The notes below the pieces were generated by a model. The model was not told where the DNA came from, ran no database searches, and saw nothing but the letters and a program-made list of their open reading frames with translations. Below are positions 42,701-52,996 of a stretch of 61,764 nucleotides of DNA, in pieces (the stretch's first letter is position 1; each line of letters starts with the position of its first letter). A program made the translations under genes and the position numbers. The DNA comes from Clostridiales bacterium (GTDB lineage: Bacteria; Bacillota; Clostridia; TANB77; CAG-508), in the NCBI GenBank assembly GCA_004553715.1, contig SFKP01000006.1:1-61764 (forward strand), read 5' to 3'.

Positions 42701-45700
42701 TATGATTTAGTAATGGGTGAAGGAATAATAATGACAGGATATGCTTCAGCTGATACGAACCAAGGCTTGATTACTGGAAGTGCGCCAGCATTTCATATTT
42801 TTGCTGGTTGGCTTCAATATAATTATGCAACATTACCAAGAAATAATACAAAAATAGTTATAAAAAGTGGAGCTTATGGAAGAATTGTTTTAGGAGGAAG
42901 TCCAGGAGGAATGGATGTTTCTGCATTGGAGCAGACTACTTCTAGAAACTTTACAGGTTCATCTTTTGATGACATGTTTAATGTGACAGTAGATATCGAT
43001 ATAAAAAATAGTACAAAAGGAAATTATGCTTATGATGTAAATTTATTAGTTGGTGGATCAGCATGTGGAAATACCTATGCAAATATTACTGAAAACATTA
43101 AAGCTGGTTCAATAGGGCGTATTCTAGGAGCAAGCTTAGGGGATACTGATAGGCCAAGCAATTGGGATTATCCAATAAATACTCATATTGGGACAAGTAC
43201 TATAAATGTAACAGGGGGAACAATTAATGAACTTTATGGTGCATGTTTAGGAAGAAATATGAATGCTTTAACAGGGAGTTCATCTCTTATTTGTGATTCA
43301 TATTTTTATGGAGATATTTTTATAAATATAACAGGAGGAACTATTACAGGTAATATCTATGGAGCAGGAGCAGGAGGAGTTACTGGATATCACGAAAATT
43401 CTTCTGATATATATAAAAGTTATGGAAAAGATATAGAAACTAGTGTAAATATAAATATTTCAGGAGGAACTATTGAAGGAGATATTTATGGTGGAGGATA
43501 TGGGTATACAGAATATCTAACGGAAAGTGTTACAGCAAGTGATGCTGGAGCATTATATGGAGATAGCTATATTAGAATAACAAATAGTCCAACGATAAAT
43601 GGAGATATTTATGGAGCAGGTTGTGGATACAATTTTTCTAGTAAGCCTAATATAGCACAAATGATAGGAGAATCTAACATAGAAATTAGTGGCACACCAA
43701 CTATATCAGGAATGATATTTGGCGCAGGTGCAGGAGTTTCTGGATATGCGAATATGGCAAAACTAACAGGAAATTCAAACATAACAAGTGAAGCAAATTT
43801 AATTACGAATATGTATGGCGGAGGAAACATTGCCAAAACAGTTGGAACAACAAATATAAATATAAATAGTGGCACATATACAGGAAGCATATATGGAGGA
43901 GGAGATATAGGAGTTGTTGAAGGAACTTCTTATGTATATATAAATAGTGTAGAAGCAAATAATATATTTGGAGGAGGAAATCAAGCAAGTGTCACAACAA
44001 CAAATATATACAATAAAGGCGGAATTGTATCTAACATATATGGAGGAGGAAACAAAGCAAATGTTAATACAACAAATATATATCTTCAAGGAGGAAAAGC
44101 TTCAAACATATTTGGCGGTTCAAATCAAAGTGGAACGGTAACAAGCAGTAATATTTACGCATCATCTGGAACAGCAACAAACATATATGGGGGCAACAAT
44201 CAAGGAGGAACTACAACTAACTCAAATATAGTAATAAATAACGGAACAATCCAAAATATATATGGAGGAAACAACCAAGGAGGAATTACAAATAATCCAA
44301 ACATTAATATAATAGGAGGAATTATATCAAACATATATGGAGGAGGAAATAGGGCAACCGTACCAACAACCAATGTTCAAATTAGTGGAGGAAATATACA
44401 AAATGTATTTGGCGGAGGAAATGCTGCAAGTGTAGATAATAATACAAATGTAAATATAACAGGTGGCACAATAAACTTAAATATATATGGAGGGGGAAAC
44501 GAAGGGATTGTAAATGGTAATACCAATGTAAAGATAAAAGATGCAGTTATTGGCGGAAGTGCATATGCAGGAGGAAATGGTGTAATGGCTATTGTAAATG
44601 GTAATACAAATATTACAATTTCAGGACGAACTATAATAGGGAATGAGCAAAATGCAGTATCAGCACAAAAAGGCTCTGTATTTGGAGGAGGAAATGCCGC
44701 TGCAACAGGAATAGAAGCTAATAATAATTCAACAAGTACAGTAAATATAGTGGGTGCTACTATTTATGGTAATGTATATGGCGGAGCAAACACTTCTGTT
44801 GTATATGGATATACAGATTTAAATATTGGCCATGATGCAGTGCAAGATAGTACCTTAACATTAGATGATATATATATTAGAGGAACAATCTTTGGTGGAG
44901 GAGAAGCAAATGCTTCAGGTTCTGAAGTATATGATTATTCTTTTATAAGTGTGACACAAGGAATAGATATTAATATTAATGGAAATGGACACACAAAATT
45001 TGAAACAGAAGGAAGTATATTCGGATCTGGAAATGCTTCTAGTACAACAGGAGATAGCACTATTCTAATAAAAAACTATGGTACAAAAGATAATCCATGT
45101 AGAAATATTTCTATACAAAGAGCAACAACAGTTACGATGGATAATAGCTGCCTTGCTTTATTTGGAGCAACAGATAGAACAAATGAATATTCTTCAGTAA
45201 AATTTTCCCTAAGTAGAATAGATGAGCTAAAAATAAAAAATGGTTCAATAATATTTTTGGAATGTGGTGCAAACTTATTAAAAAAATTATCGAGCTTAGT
45301 TGATATAAATGGTAATGAAGAAATTGCGACAGTTACAATAGATGAAACAACAGGTGAAACAACTAAAAATGTAGATAATAGAATTTATTTATATGAAGGT
45401 AAGAATTTTAATGTAGCCTTAGAGGAAAATGTAAATGAAAATGATACATTATGTGGAGATGTAGATGGAATGACATTTTTAGGTTTATACAACAATAGCA
45501 ATAATCCAGCTACAAGTACAGGGTTTTACCATTATAGTTTTGAAAATGGAGACAAAATAACAAATATGGGAACATTTAGGACAAACTCTTATGTAAAAGG
45601 TGCGCATAAAACAGATCATGACATTACTGTAGATGGATTTTATACAAACTATAATGACAAAGATAACGAAGGGTTTATAAAAACAGGATATGTAGGGGTA

Positions 45701-47650
45701 ACACCAGCAGATGATACATATTATATGTGGATAGTTGGTGAAGCGATAAATGTTAGAACTTATCATATAACACTTACTGCATCAAAATATGCAACACTAG
45801 GAACACATGAACTTGTATTAGATGGTTTTTCAATCCCAAATACAAAATTTATATTACAAGGATTTTCATCAGGTTTGAATGAAGACATATCATTAATAGA
45901 TAATAGCCAAATAGAAGCTATTTCTCAAGATGAAGACATAGCAAATACTATGTTTGGGCTTTCAATGAGAAGTGGTAAAAATGGTTGGAGAACAGATAAC
46001 AAAACAAGTTTTTATACTACAAGTGGTGGTACATATAATGGAAATAATTATTATGTGAGTGATAACTCGATAACTACTCCAACACTAGTATTCTGCTTAT
46101 ATCATTCACAGAACTTAAATTTAGAACAGGAACTAGGAGAGGTTACAGTAAGATTTCAAGTATTAGCACCAATAGATGATTTAACAGAGGAAATATCTTA
46201 TATAGATATTATAATTGACATGAACACATTGTTAAATCAAGATAGTTTTTATGAAGCAGCAATTACTCCAGGAGAAGAGTTCGAGCTGTTTACAACAACA
46301 GAAACTAACATAACAGAAAATAGTATGTTTTCAACATATTATTCGCTACTATATAATAACTTTTCAGAAAGTGACTACTATGCAGATTATACAAGCTACA
46401 AACGTGTTTTAGTTTCAAGAGATTCAAATGATTTGCCTTATGTATTTAAAGCAAATACTAAAATTATAATGCTAGACATGGTAACAAACAAACATTACTA
46501 TTATATTGTCACAAGCCAAGACGAAACAAACAATATATATATGTATGAATTGAATAAATTTATAGAAATAGGAAGTATAGATTCAGGATATGATGAAGTG
46601 GCAGCAAGTAATACATATTATAATTCATCACAAGACCTAATATATGAAAACTTTATTTTTCATGTAGATGTAAGCGAAAGCAATATAGCAGAAGAGGTAT
46701 ATAACAATACATTGTTAATAGAATTACAAGATTCAAATGGAGAAACATTAATAGGAGTATTAAATATACAAAGAAATACTATTAAATATAGTATATATAA
46801 AGATAGAAATGCAACTATTGATATTGATATTACATCAGAAGACAAAATATATTTGGGAGATATTATAAACTTAACAGCAACAACAAATTTTACACAAAAT
46901 GTATTAAGTTCAAAGACAATATATGATACAAGATTTTTCAATTCAAAAATGGGAATACAAATAAGCATATTTGACATTAATGGAAATCAGTTAAATAGTG
47001 ATACTTTACTAGGAATAAACTTTGAATATGATGGAGCAATATATTATCCAAGAATAGATGGTACAACCAGAATAAAAATAGCAGATAGAGTATCAAATGT
47101 TTTATCTAAAATAAAAATAAATACAATTAATAATACAAAATTAGCAACAGGTGATTATACGATAAAAGTAGAAACTTTTGGCTCTCCAGATGGTATATAT
47201 TACGGACTAGAAACATCTAGTTATGATGAAACACAAATAACTATTATAAATGGAATATACGGGCTAAAGGCTACAACAGACAATAATTCTAAAATAATAG
47301 ATAAAACTACTGGAAAAACCTTAAATGATAATAACATTATCAATGTAAAACTTGAATACTCTTCAGCATTAAATACTCCTATTATAATGATGGAATTACA
47401 AAGAAGAGATTATACTAGTGAAATTTCTTTAAATTATGAAGCAGTAGATTTAGCAAATTATACTGAGACACAATTAACTTCAGGATATAACCAATATGAG
47501 TATTTAGTAACAGATGCGCCAACAAGTAATAATACGGTACAACTAAACTTAAAAGAAAATTTAGTGACAGGAACCTATAAATTAGTATTTAAACTATATG
47601 ACGGGGAAAACTATATAGGAGCAACTTATGAATATTTTATTGTAAAATAA
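39727..47650 (+). CDS. giant (~2640 aa) secreted GLUG-domain / parallel beta-helix repeat protein, one frameshift near 41420
   Basis: The ORFs 39727-41553 and 41447-47650 overlap. The second frame is already open from 41420 (FGIILSQPVWPTNCLY...), and the tail of the first ORF after ...QYATGGVI looks like out-of-frame sequence. N-terminal signal anchor. GLUG-like region at 40684-41420 (PYLISTGAELAYLA...WTPIG...FRGIFDGAGYTI...GIFG). Dozens of (I/V)(Y/F)GGGN repeats. Confidence 0.8.
43790..44830 (+). repeat. coding array of degenerate ~24-25-codon repeats (NIYGGGNxAxVxTTNIxxxGGxxS)
   Basis: At least 12 consecutive units can be read in the translated ORF. Confidence 0.8.
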
Positions 47651-47705
47651 TTAGATAATGTAAAGTAATTTGTGAAATCACTAAAAATCACATTGAGAGG
47701 AAAAT

Positions 47706-48290
47706 ATGAAAAAACAATATATAGAAAAAAAGACAAATAGAGATAAAAAGCATACACAACTTATAAGAGGAATTATATATGCAATTATAATAATTATTAT
47801 CTATAATATGCTCATAATTAGTATTTCTGCCATTTTAAACAAAACAGGAAAGTCTATATTTGGGTACAATATGTATATAATCACAACAGACAGTATGAAA
47901 CCAAATATAAATTCTGGAGACATAATTATAATAAACAAAGCAGATAAAGAAAACTTAAAAGTAGGAGATGTAATTACATTTTCACAGCCAGAAGGACTAA
48001 TAACACATAGAATTGTAAAAATAGAAGAAGATGAATATATAACAAAAGGGGATAACAACAATATTGAAGATGAAAAAAAAGTAAAATATGAGCAAATAAA
48101 AGGAAGAAAGGTTATGAAAATACCTTTTTTGGGGAAAGTAGTAATTTTATTACAAGATGAAGTATATATCATAGTCATTATAATTATAGTGCTGTTAATT
48201 TATCTTAATGTGCAAACAAGGGAAGAAAAAGATAGAATAAGGAGAGAGAAGAAGGAAAGAGCAGATGACAAATTCCAAAAGAATAATTAG
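47706..48290 (+). CDS. sipW: SipW/Sec11-type (archaeal-type) signal peptidase I, catalytic residues intact
   Basis: TM, then TTDSMKP (Ser), ITHRIV (His), KGDNN (Asp), and a C-terminal TM. Confidence 0.85.
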   Translation: MKKQYIEKKTNRDKKHTQLIRGIIYAIIIIIIYNMLIISISAILNKTGKSIFGYNMYIITTDSMKPNINSGDIIIINKADKENLKVGDVITFSQPEGLITHRIVKIEEDEYITKGDNNNIEDEKKVKYEQIKGRKVMKIPFLGKVVILLQDEVYIIVIIIIVLLIYLNVQTREEKDRIRREKKERADDKFQKNN

Positions 48291-48813
48291 AAGAATATTA
48301 AAAAATATTTTAAAAGCAATCATATTATTACTTGTAATATATAATATAGTATATGTTATAGGAAAAGAGTATAATGAAGAATTTAATATTAAACTATTTG
48401 GTATACAAAGTGTAATAATAACAGAAAGAGCTATGGAGCCTGAACTGAAGAAAAATGATATTGCAATTATAAAGAATAGTAAAGAGATAAAAGAGGGAGA
48501 TATAGTTGCATTTTATAAAGATAATACTTTAAAGATAAGGCGAATATATAGAGTTAATAACATAGATTATATTACAAAAGGAGACAATTATTTATATGTT
48601 GATGCAGATGAAATCAGTAAAGAACAGATAGAAGGGAAAGTAATAAACAAAATACGATATATGAGAATATTCTTAAAAATACTGCAATCAAAAGGCTTGA
48701 TGATATTTAACACAATTATATTAGTTATTATTTTCCTATTAAATAGAAGAGTGAATATAAAGCGAAGCAAAAGAAAAAATAAAAAAGTAAATTATCAAAA
48801 TAATTTAAAATAA
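48265..48813 (+). CDS. SipW-like paralogue lacking the catalytic Ser and His (predicted pseudo-peptidase)
   Basis: Same architecture, but TERAMEP in place of SGSMEP and KIRRIY in place of THRI. KGDN retained. Overlaps the upstream sipW by 26 nt. Confidence 0.75.
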   Translation: MTNSKRIIRRILKNILKAIILLLVIYNIVYVIGKEYNEEFNIKLFGIQSVIITERAMEPELKKNDIAIIKNSKEIKEGDIVAFYKDNTLKIRRIYRVNNIDYITKGDNYLYVDADEISKEQIEGKVINKIRYMRIFLKILQSKGLMIFNTIILVIIFLLNRRVNIKRSKRKNKKVNYQNNLK

Positions 48814-48844
48814 GGAACTGATATAAGTATCAGTTCCTTATTTT
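48812..48844. terminator. bidirectional terminator between convergent genes
   Basis: AAGGAACTGATA (48812-48823) pairs with TATCAGTTCCTT (48828-48839), followed by a T-run. Confidence 0.8.
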
Positions 48845-48860
48845 AAATATAAGATATATA

Positions 48861-49724
48861 TCAGATTAAATTTTTAGTAGTATTATGTGAAACAATAGGT
48901 TTCATTTTAAATATTGTTTTAAAAAAATGAAAATCATCTAATTCATTATATTCTAAGCAGGCCAAATATATATCTAATTCGTTTAAATTCTTACAAGCCG
49001 TAATAACTGCTGGATGCAGGCTATAATTAGAAAATAGTTCTAAACCTAAATCTAAAGCTTTTATAAAAGAGCCATGTTCGCGTTTTCGAACCAAATTAAA
49101 AGCTTCTTTAAAACGCATTATAGAGCTGTAACGGTAATAACCAATAGGTTTTGTATAAACATTGTCAATTACATCTTTAATAGTTTTATATTTATTGGGA
49201 TCATCTATTAACATTTTATTTACATTTTCCATAGTATATGGAAGTACTACTTTTTGTTCTGCCTCAGAAATAAGTAATATGTTTTCTCCATTTGTGTTTT
49301 CACTTTGTTGTTCATTAGAAGATTCATCTAGATAATCATTAAAATTAGACAAGAAACGCTCTAACTTAATGGTGTTTTTAACAATTTTATCTAAGTGGTT
49401 TGAATATAAAAAATTAAAAGTTTTAATCTTTTTTTCATAATCAGGTGCATCTACAATAATAGAATTTATTTTTTTAATTAATTCCTGTATTAAATCAATA
49501 TTAAGATTAGATTTTTTTAGTAAACTTAAGATGCCTGACAAATTCTTAGAAAAATTTTTAGCATTTTCTACACTACTAATGGTTTCGTCTGCAACAACTT
49601 TTTTTAAGACTTTCTGTATATTGCAATTAATAATTTCTTGAGATTTTAAATAATCTGTTAAAAATTTTTCCTCTTTATGTATTTCTAAACCAATATGTTT
49701 TTTGTCTTCTGCTAAATATATCAT
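48861..49724 (-). CDS. hypothetical protein (287 aa), opposite strand
   Basis: GAGGAGG RBS 7 nt before ATG 49724 (MIYLAEDKK...). The ORF-track start at 49796 is upstream of the RBS. Confidence 0.6.
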   Translation of the reverse strand: MIYLAEDKKHIGLEIHKEEKFLTDYLKSQEIINCNIQKVLKKVVADETISSVENAKNFSKNLSGILSLLKKSNLNIDLIQELIKKINSIIVDAPDYEKKIKTFNFLYSNHLDKIVKNTIKLERFLSNFNDYLDESSNEQQSENTNGENILLISEAEQKVVLPYTMENVNKMLIDDPNKYKTIKDVIDNVYTKPIGYYRYSSIMRFKEAFNLVRKREHGSFIKALDLGLELFSNYSLHPAVITACKNLNELDIYLACLEYNELDDFHFFKTIFKMKPIVSHNTTKNLI

Positions 49725-49876
49725 CGATATCCTCCTCATATTAAATATTATAACATTAAACAACAAAAAAACAATAGAAAAGAAAAAAATACTCAAAAAA
49801 AAAGGTTAGGGAAAAAGTTGTAAAAATTTGTAAAATAATGTATAATTATATATGTGGAGTTTTATAGGAGGGATAT

Positions 49877-50481
49877 ATGAATATTGAAAATGAGTTAAAA
49901 TTGATTTCAGCAAATGGAACTATTTCACAAAAAGATAAAGAGAGAATAATAGTTGCATTACACGAGACTGGAATAAAGATTGGAGAATCAACAACTGTTC
50001 AGCAAGAGGATACTTATTTTGATACTAGGAATAACATGCTTGAGAAAAAAGGTAGATCTTTATAAAAAGAACAATTGAAAGAAACACTTCAGAAAGGACA
50101 ACCCAAAAATATGAAATAGAATGTCCAATAGGAGCAAATATTCAAAATATTATTCAAAAAGTAAAAGAAGAACTTTCCTTAGACATTGAATTAACAAGTG
50201 AAACGATATCTAGAACTATTGAAATAATAAGGCTTGAATACGAGATGTTTTTTGATGACACTCCAGTTGTATTCAATCATGATAGATATACAGATAAAGG
50301 AACAGGAGAAAAAGGAGCAGAAATTGAAATAAAATGTCCAGAGAACCCACGACTAGTATCAGGAAAGATAAAAAAGCAATTAAAAGACAAAGGTTTTCAA
50401 TTTATCACTACAGCAAAAAAAGATTTACTGAAAACGGACAAAGGATTGGACGAAAATCCTGGTATATCACCAGAACAATAA
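49877..50481 (+). pseudogene. CYTH-domain (triphosphate tunnel metalloenzyme-like) gene with a frameshift near 50065
   Basis: N-terminal ENELKL (ExExK) and QEDTYFDT...KKGRSL* stop where LRIR is expected. The +2 frame continues KRTIERNTSERTTQKYEIECPI... into the 50245-50481 ORF. Confidence 0.55.
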
Positions 50482-50671
50482 AACTTGTATGAAAATTATG
50501 GTAAAAGAATTAAAAAAAACCAGAAAAGAATAGTAAAGAATACCTTTTGTATATTTTGGTTGAAATGAAATCAAAATACAGGAGGTATTTTAATATTTAA
50601 ATTTTTTAACTAAGAAATATTTTTTAAAATTAACTGTATCTACAAAAAACAACAAAAAAAGATATAATATA

Positions 50672-50700
50672 TTGATAAAAATACATATATATGATATAGT
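50672..50700 (+). promoter_or_regulatory. sigma-A promoter for the 50750-58873 operon
   Basis: TTGATA (50672-50677), 17 nt, TATAGT (50695-50700). Confidence 0.55.
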
Positions 50701-50749
50701 GTAATCATGAATTTGGACTAATATTTTTATAAGGAAGGATGATTATAAA

Positions 50750-51283
50750 ATGAAAAAAGTAATCTGGAATATATTTATAGTACTATACGCAATAATTGCA
50801 ATATTTGTGACAATATGTCTATTATCTTACAATGAATATAGAATTTCAGAATTTGGAGATTACTCATTAGTAATAATAGATAGCAGAGAATTAGAGCCAG
50901 AATTTGCAAAAGGAGACCTGGTAATCACTGATAGAAGCTATAAAGTAGAAGAAGGACAACAAGTGTTTTTTTATAAAACAAATTTTGGAGAAGTTAGTAT
51001 AAGTGTTGCTGAAATAGCGGAAAGACAAGAATATACAAATGGTGAAGTAACATACGTACTAGAAGGTGACAATATAATTAAAGAAAAAAATATTTTAGGA
51101 GCCGTAGATAAAGTAAAGACAATAAAAAATGCTGGTACAATACTTGGAGTGTTAGAGTCAAAATGGGGCTTTTTAGTATTAATAGTATTGCCTTCTTTAA
51201 TAGCATTTTTATATGAAATAGCTGAATTAATTTCTGATTTAAGAAGTGGTTCAAATAAAAAGGAAAAAAATGAAAAACACTAA
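50750..51283 (+). CDS. SipW-like paralogue lacking the catalytic Ser and His (predicted pseudo-peptidase)
   Basis: TM, then IDSRELEP in place of SGSMEP, VAEIAE in place of THRI, and EGDN retained. C-terminal TM. Confidence 0.7.
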   Translation: MKKVIWNIFIVLYAIIAIFVTICLLSYNEYRISEFGDYSLVIIDSRELEPEFAKGDLVITDRSYKVEEGQQVFFYKTNFGEVSISVAEIAERQEYTNGEVTYVLEGDNIIKEKNILGAVDKVKTIKNAGTILGVLESKWGFLVLIVLPSLIAFLYEIAELISDLRSGSNKKEKNEKH

Positions 51284-51893
51284 AAAAGTATTTATAATAT
51301 TAACTTTATTAATGACAGTATTTACAATATATCAAATAGTAAATACTTATGCACTTTTTGAAAGTAGACTTTCAGGAACTTCTCAAATTCCTGTTGGCAG
51401 GTGGAATATTGATTTAAATGGGAGTGATATTACATCAGGAGTGACGCAAAATTTTTTGATAGATTCATTTAACATTGAACAAAATGAATATATATTGGAA
51501 AATAAAATTGCACCTGGGTTATCGGGATACTTTGAAATTCAAATTCATCCTAAAGATACTCAAGTATCTATAAGGTATGATATAACAATTGATAATTCAA
51601 ATGTAGCTGAACAAAGGATAAAATTAGTATCTGTTACAGAAACAAACAATACTAATAAGATTATAAGAACAGGGCCAAATACATATACAGCAATTATTCC
51701 ATTAGAAAATATAAACACAACATATTTTGATATTGTGAAAACAGCATTTGTTTGGGAAAATAACGAAGAATATAATGAGCAAGATACAGCAATAGGAACT
51801 AAAGATAATCCAAGTATAGCTATACCAATAGCTTTTACAGCTACACAATATACAGGGGAAGAAATAATTGAATATGTAGAGGGAGAAGCATGA
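51270..51893 (+). CDS. TasA/camelysin-like secreted subunit with SipW-cognate-type signal (subfamily 1)
   Basis: MKNTKKVFIILTLLMTVFTIYQIVNTYALFESRLSG...GRWNIDLNG. C-terminal strand IAFTATQ. Overlaps the upstream gene by 14 nt. Confidence 0.65.
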   Translation: MKNTKKVFIILTLLMTVFTIYQIVNTYALFESRLSGTSQIPVGRWNIDLNGSDITSGVTQNFLIDSFNIEQNEYILENKIAPGLSGYFEIQIHPKDTQVSIRYDITIDNSNVAEQRIKLVSVTETNNTNKIIRTGPNTYTAIIPLENINTTYFDIVKTAFVWENNEEYNEQDTAIGTKDNPSIAIPIAFTATQYTGEEIIEYVEGEA

Positions 51894-52429
51894 GCAAAAC
51901 TTTAGAAAAAATATTTTCAAAAATATTAAATGTATTACTTACAATAATACTGTTAGCACTAGCAATTCTCATATATAACTATGTACAGATAACTGTTTTA
52001 AAAAAAGATTATACAAATATATTTGGTTATACTGCTTTTCAAGTTGTAAGTGGAAGTATGGAAGAAACTATAAAAGTAGGAGATATTATAATAGCAAAAT
52101 TAAAATATAATCAACCACTAAAACATGGAGATATTATAGTATTTAAACAAGATGAAAACATTATTACACATCGAATTATAGAAATGGGCGATGGTAAAAT
52201 AATTACAAAAGGAGATGCAAACAATACTACAGATAATCCAATTACTAGAAGTGAAGTAATTGGCAAGGTAATAAAAATTATTCCAAATATTGCAATCTGG
52301 AAAAAGGTTTTTACTTCTCCAAAAGTTATTATATCTGTTATAACAACCATTATTTTCTTTGGGATTGCTTTTTCATTTAAAGAAAAAAACCAATGTAAAG
52401 AAAAAGAGGAAGATAAAGATAATGTTTGA
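51890..52429 (+). CDS. sipW: SipW/Sec11-type signal peptidase I, catalytic residues intact
   Basis: VVSGSMEE, ITHRII, KGDANN. ATGA overlap with the upstream gene. Confidence 0.85.
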   Translation: MSKTLEKIFSKILNVLLTIILLALAILIYNYVQITVLKKDYTNIFGYTAFQVVSGSMEETIKVGDIIIAKLKYNQPLKHGDIIVFKQDENIITHRIIEMGDGKIITKGDANNTTDNPITRSEVIGKVIKIIPNIAIWKKVFTSPKVIISVITTIIFFGIAFSFKEKNQCKEKEEDKDNV

Positions 52430-52994
52430 TAGAAAAAGAATTATTATAATTGTTAAATTCCTAATTACATTACTAACACTAATATTAATATTAATGTTAA
52501 TATGTAGAACTTTGGCAAAATATGAAACAACAGCGACAACAGATGCAAATATACAGGCGGCATTTTATTTGTTAAAAGATGACTATCAAACTATGACTGT
52601 AAATTTGGCAGAAATGCAACCTAGGGATGAAGCATATTCTTATACATTTTCTGTAGCAAATAATGATGGTACCAAAAGGACAGAAACATCTTTAGAGTAT
52701 GATTTACAAATGAGGGCAACAACAAATTTACCATTAAGATATAAACTATATTTAAATGGGATAGAAATTAATATAATTACAAACTCGGAAACCATAATAG
52801 ATGAATATGGAACATATTTTCGAGTTTTTAGTACAGATACGAAGATGTTTGGGCACACAGAGAATGAAACAAATATATATAATTTGGTCATCGAATTCCC
52901 TTTAGAATATAAACAAACAATAGAGTATCAGGATGTTATAGAAGGAATAGAAATAACAGTTAATTCAAGACAAATGATTAATGAAGGGGCATAA
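52422..52994 (+). CDS. secreted subunit with SipW-cognate-type signal (subfamily 2)
   Basis: MFDRKRIIIIVKFLITLLTLILILMLICRTLAKYETTATT. GAGGAAG RBS. 8-nt overlap with sipW. Ends IEITVNSRQ. Confidence 0.6.
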   Translation: MFDRKRIIIIVKFLITLLTLILILMLICRTLAKYETTATTDANIQAAFYLLKDDYQTMTVNLAEMQPRDEAYSYTFSVANNDGTKRTETSLEYDLQMRATTNLPLRYKLYLNGIEINIITNSETIIDEYGTYFRVFSTDTKMFGHTENETNIYNLVIEFPLEYKQTIEYQDVIEGIEITVNSRQMINEGA

Positions 52995-52996
52995 GA

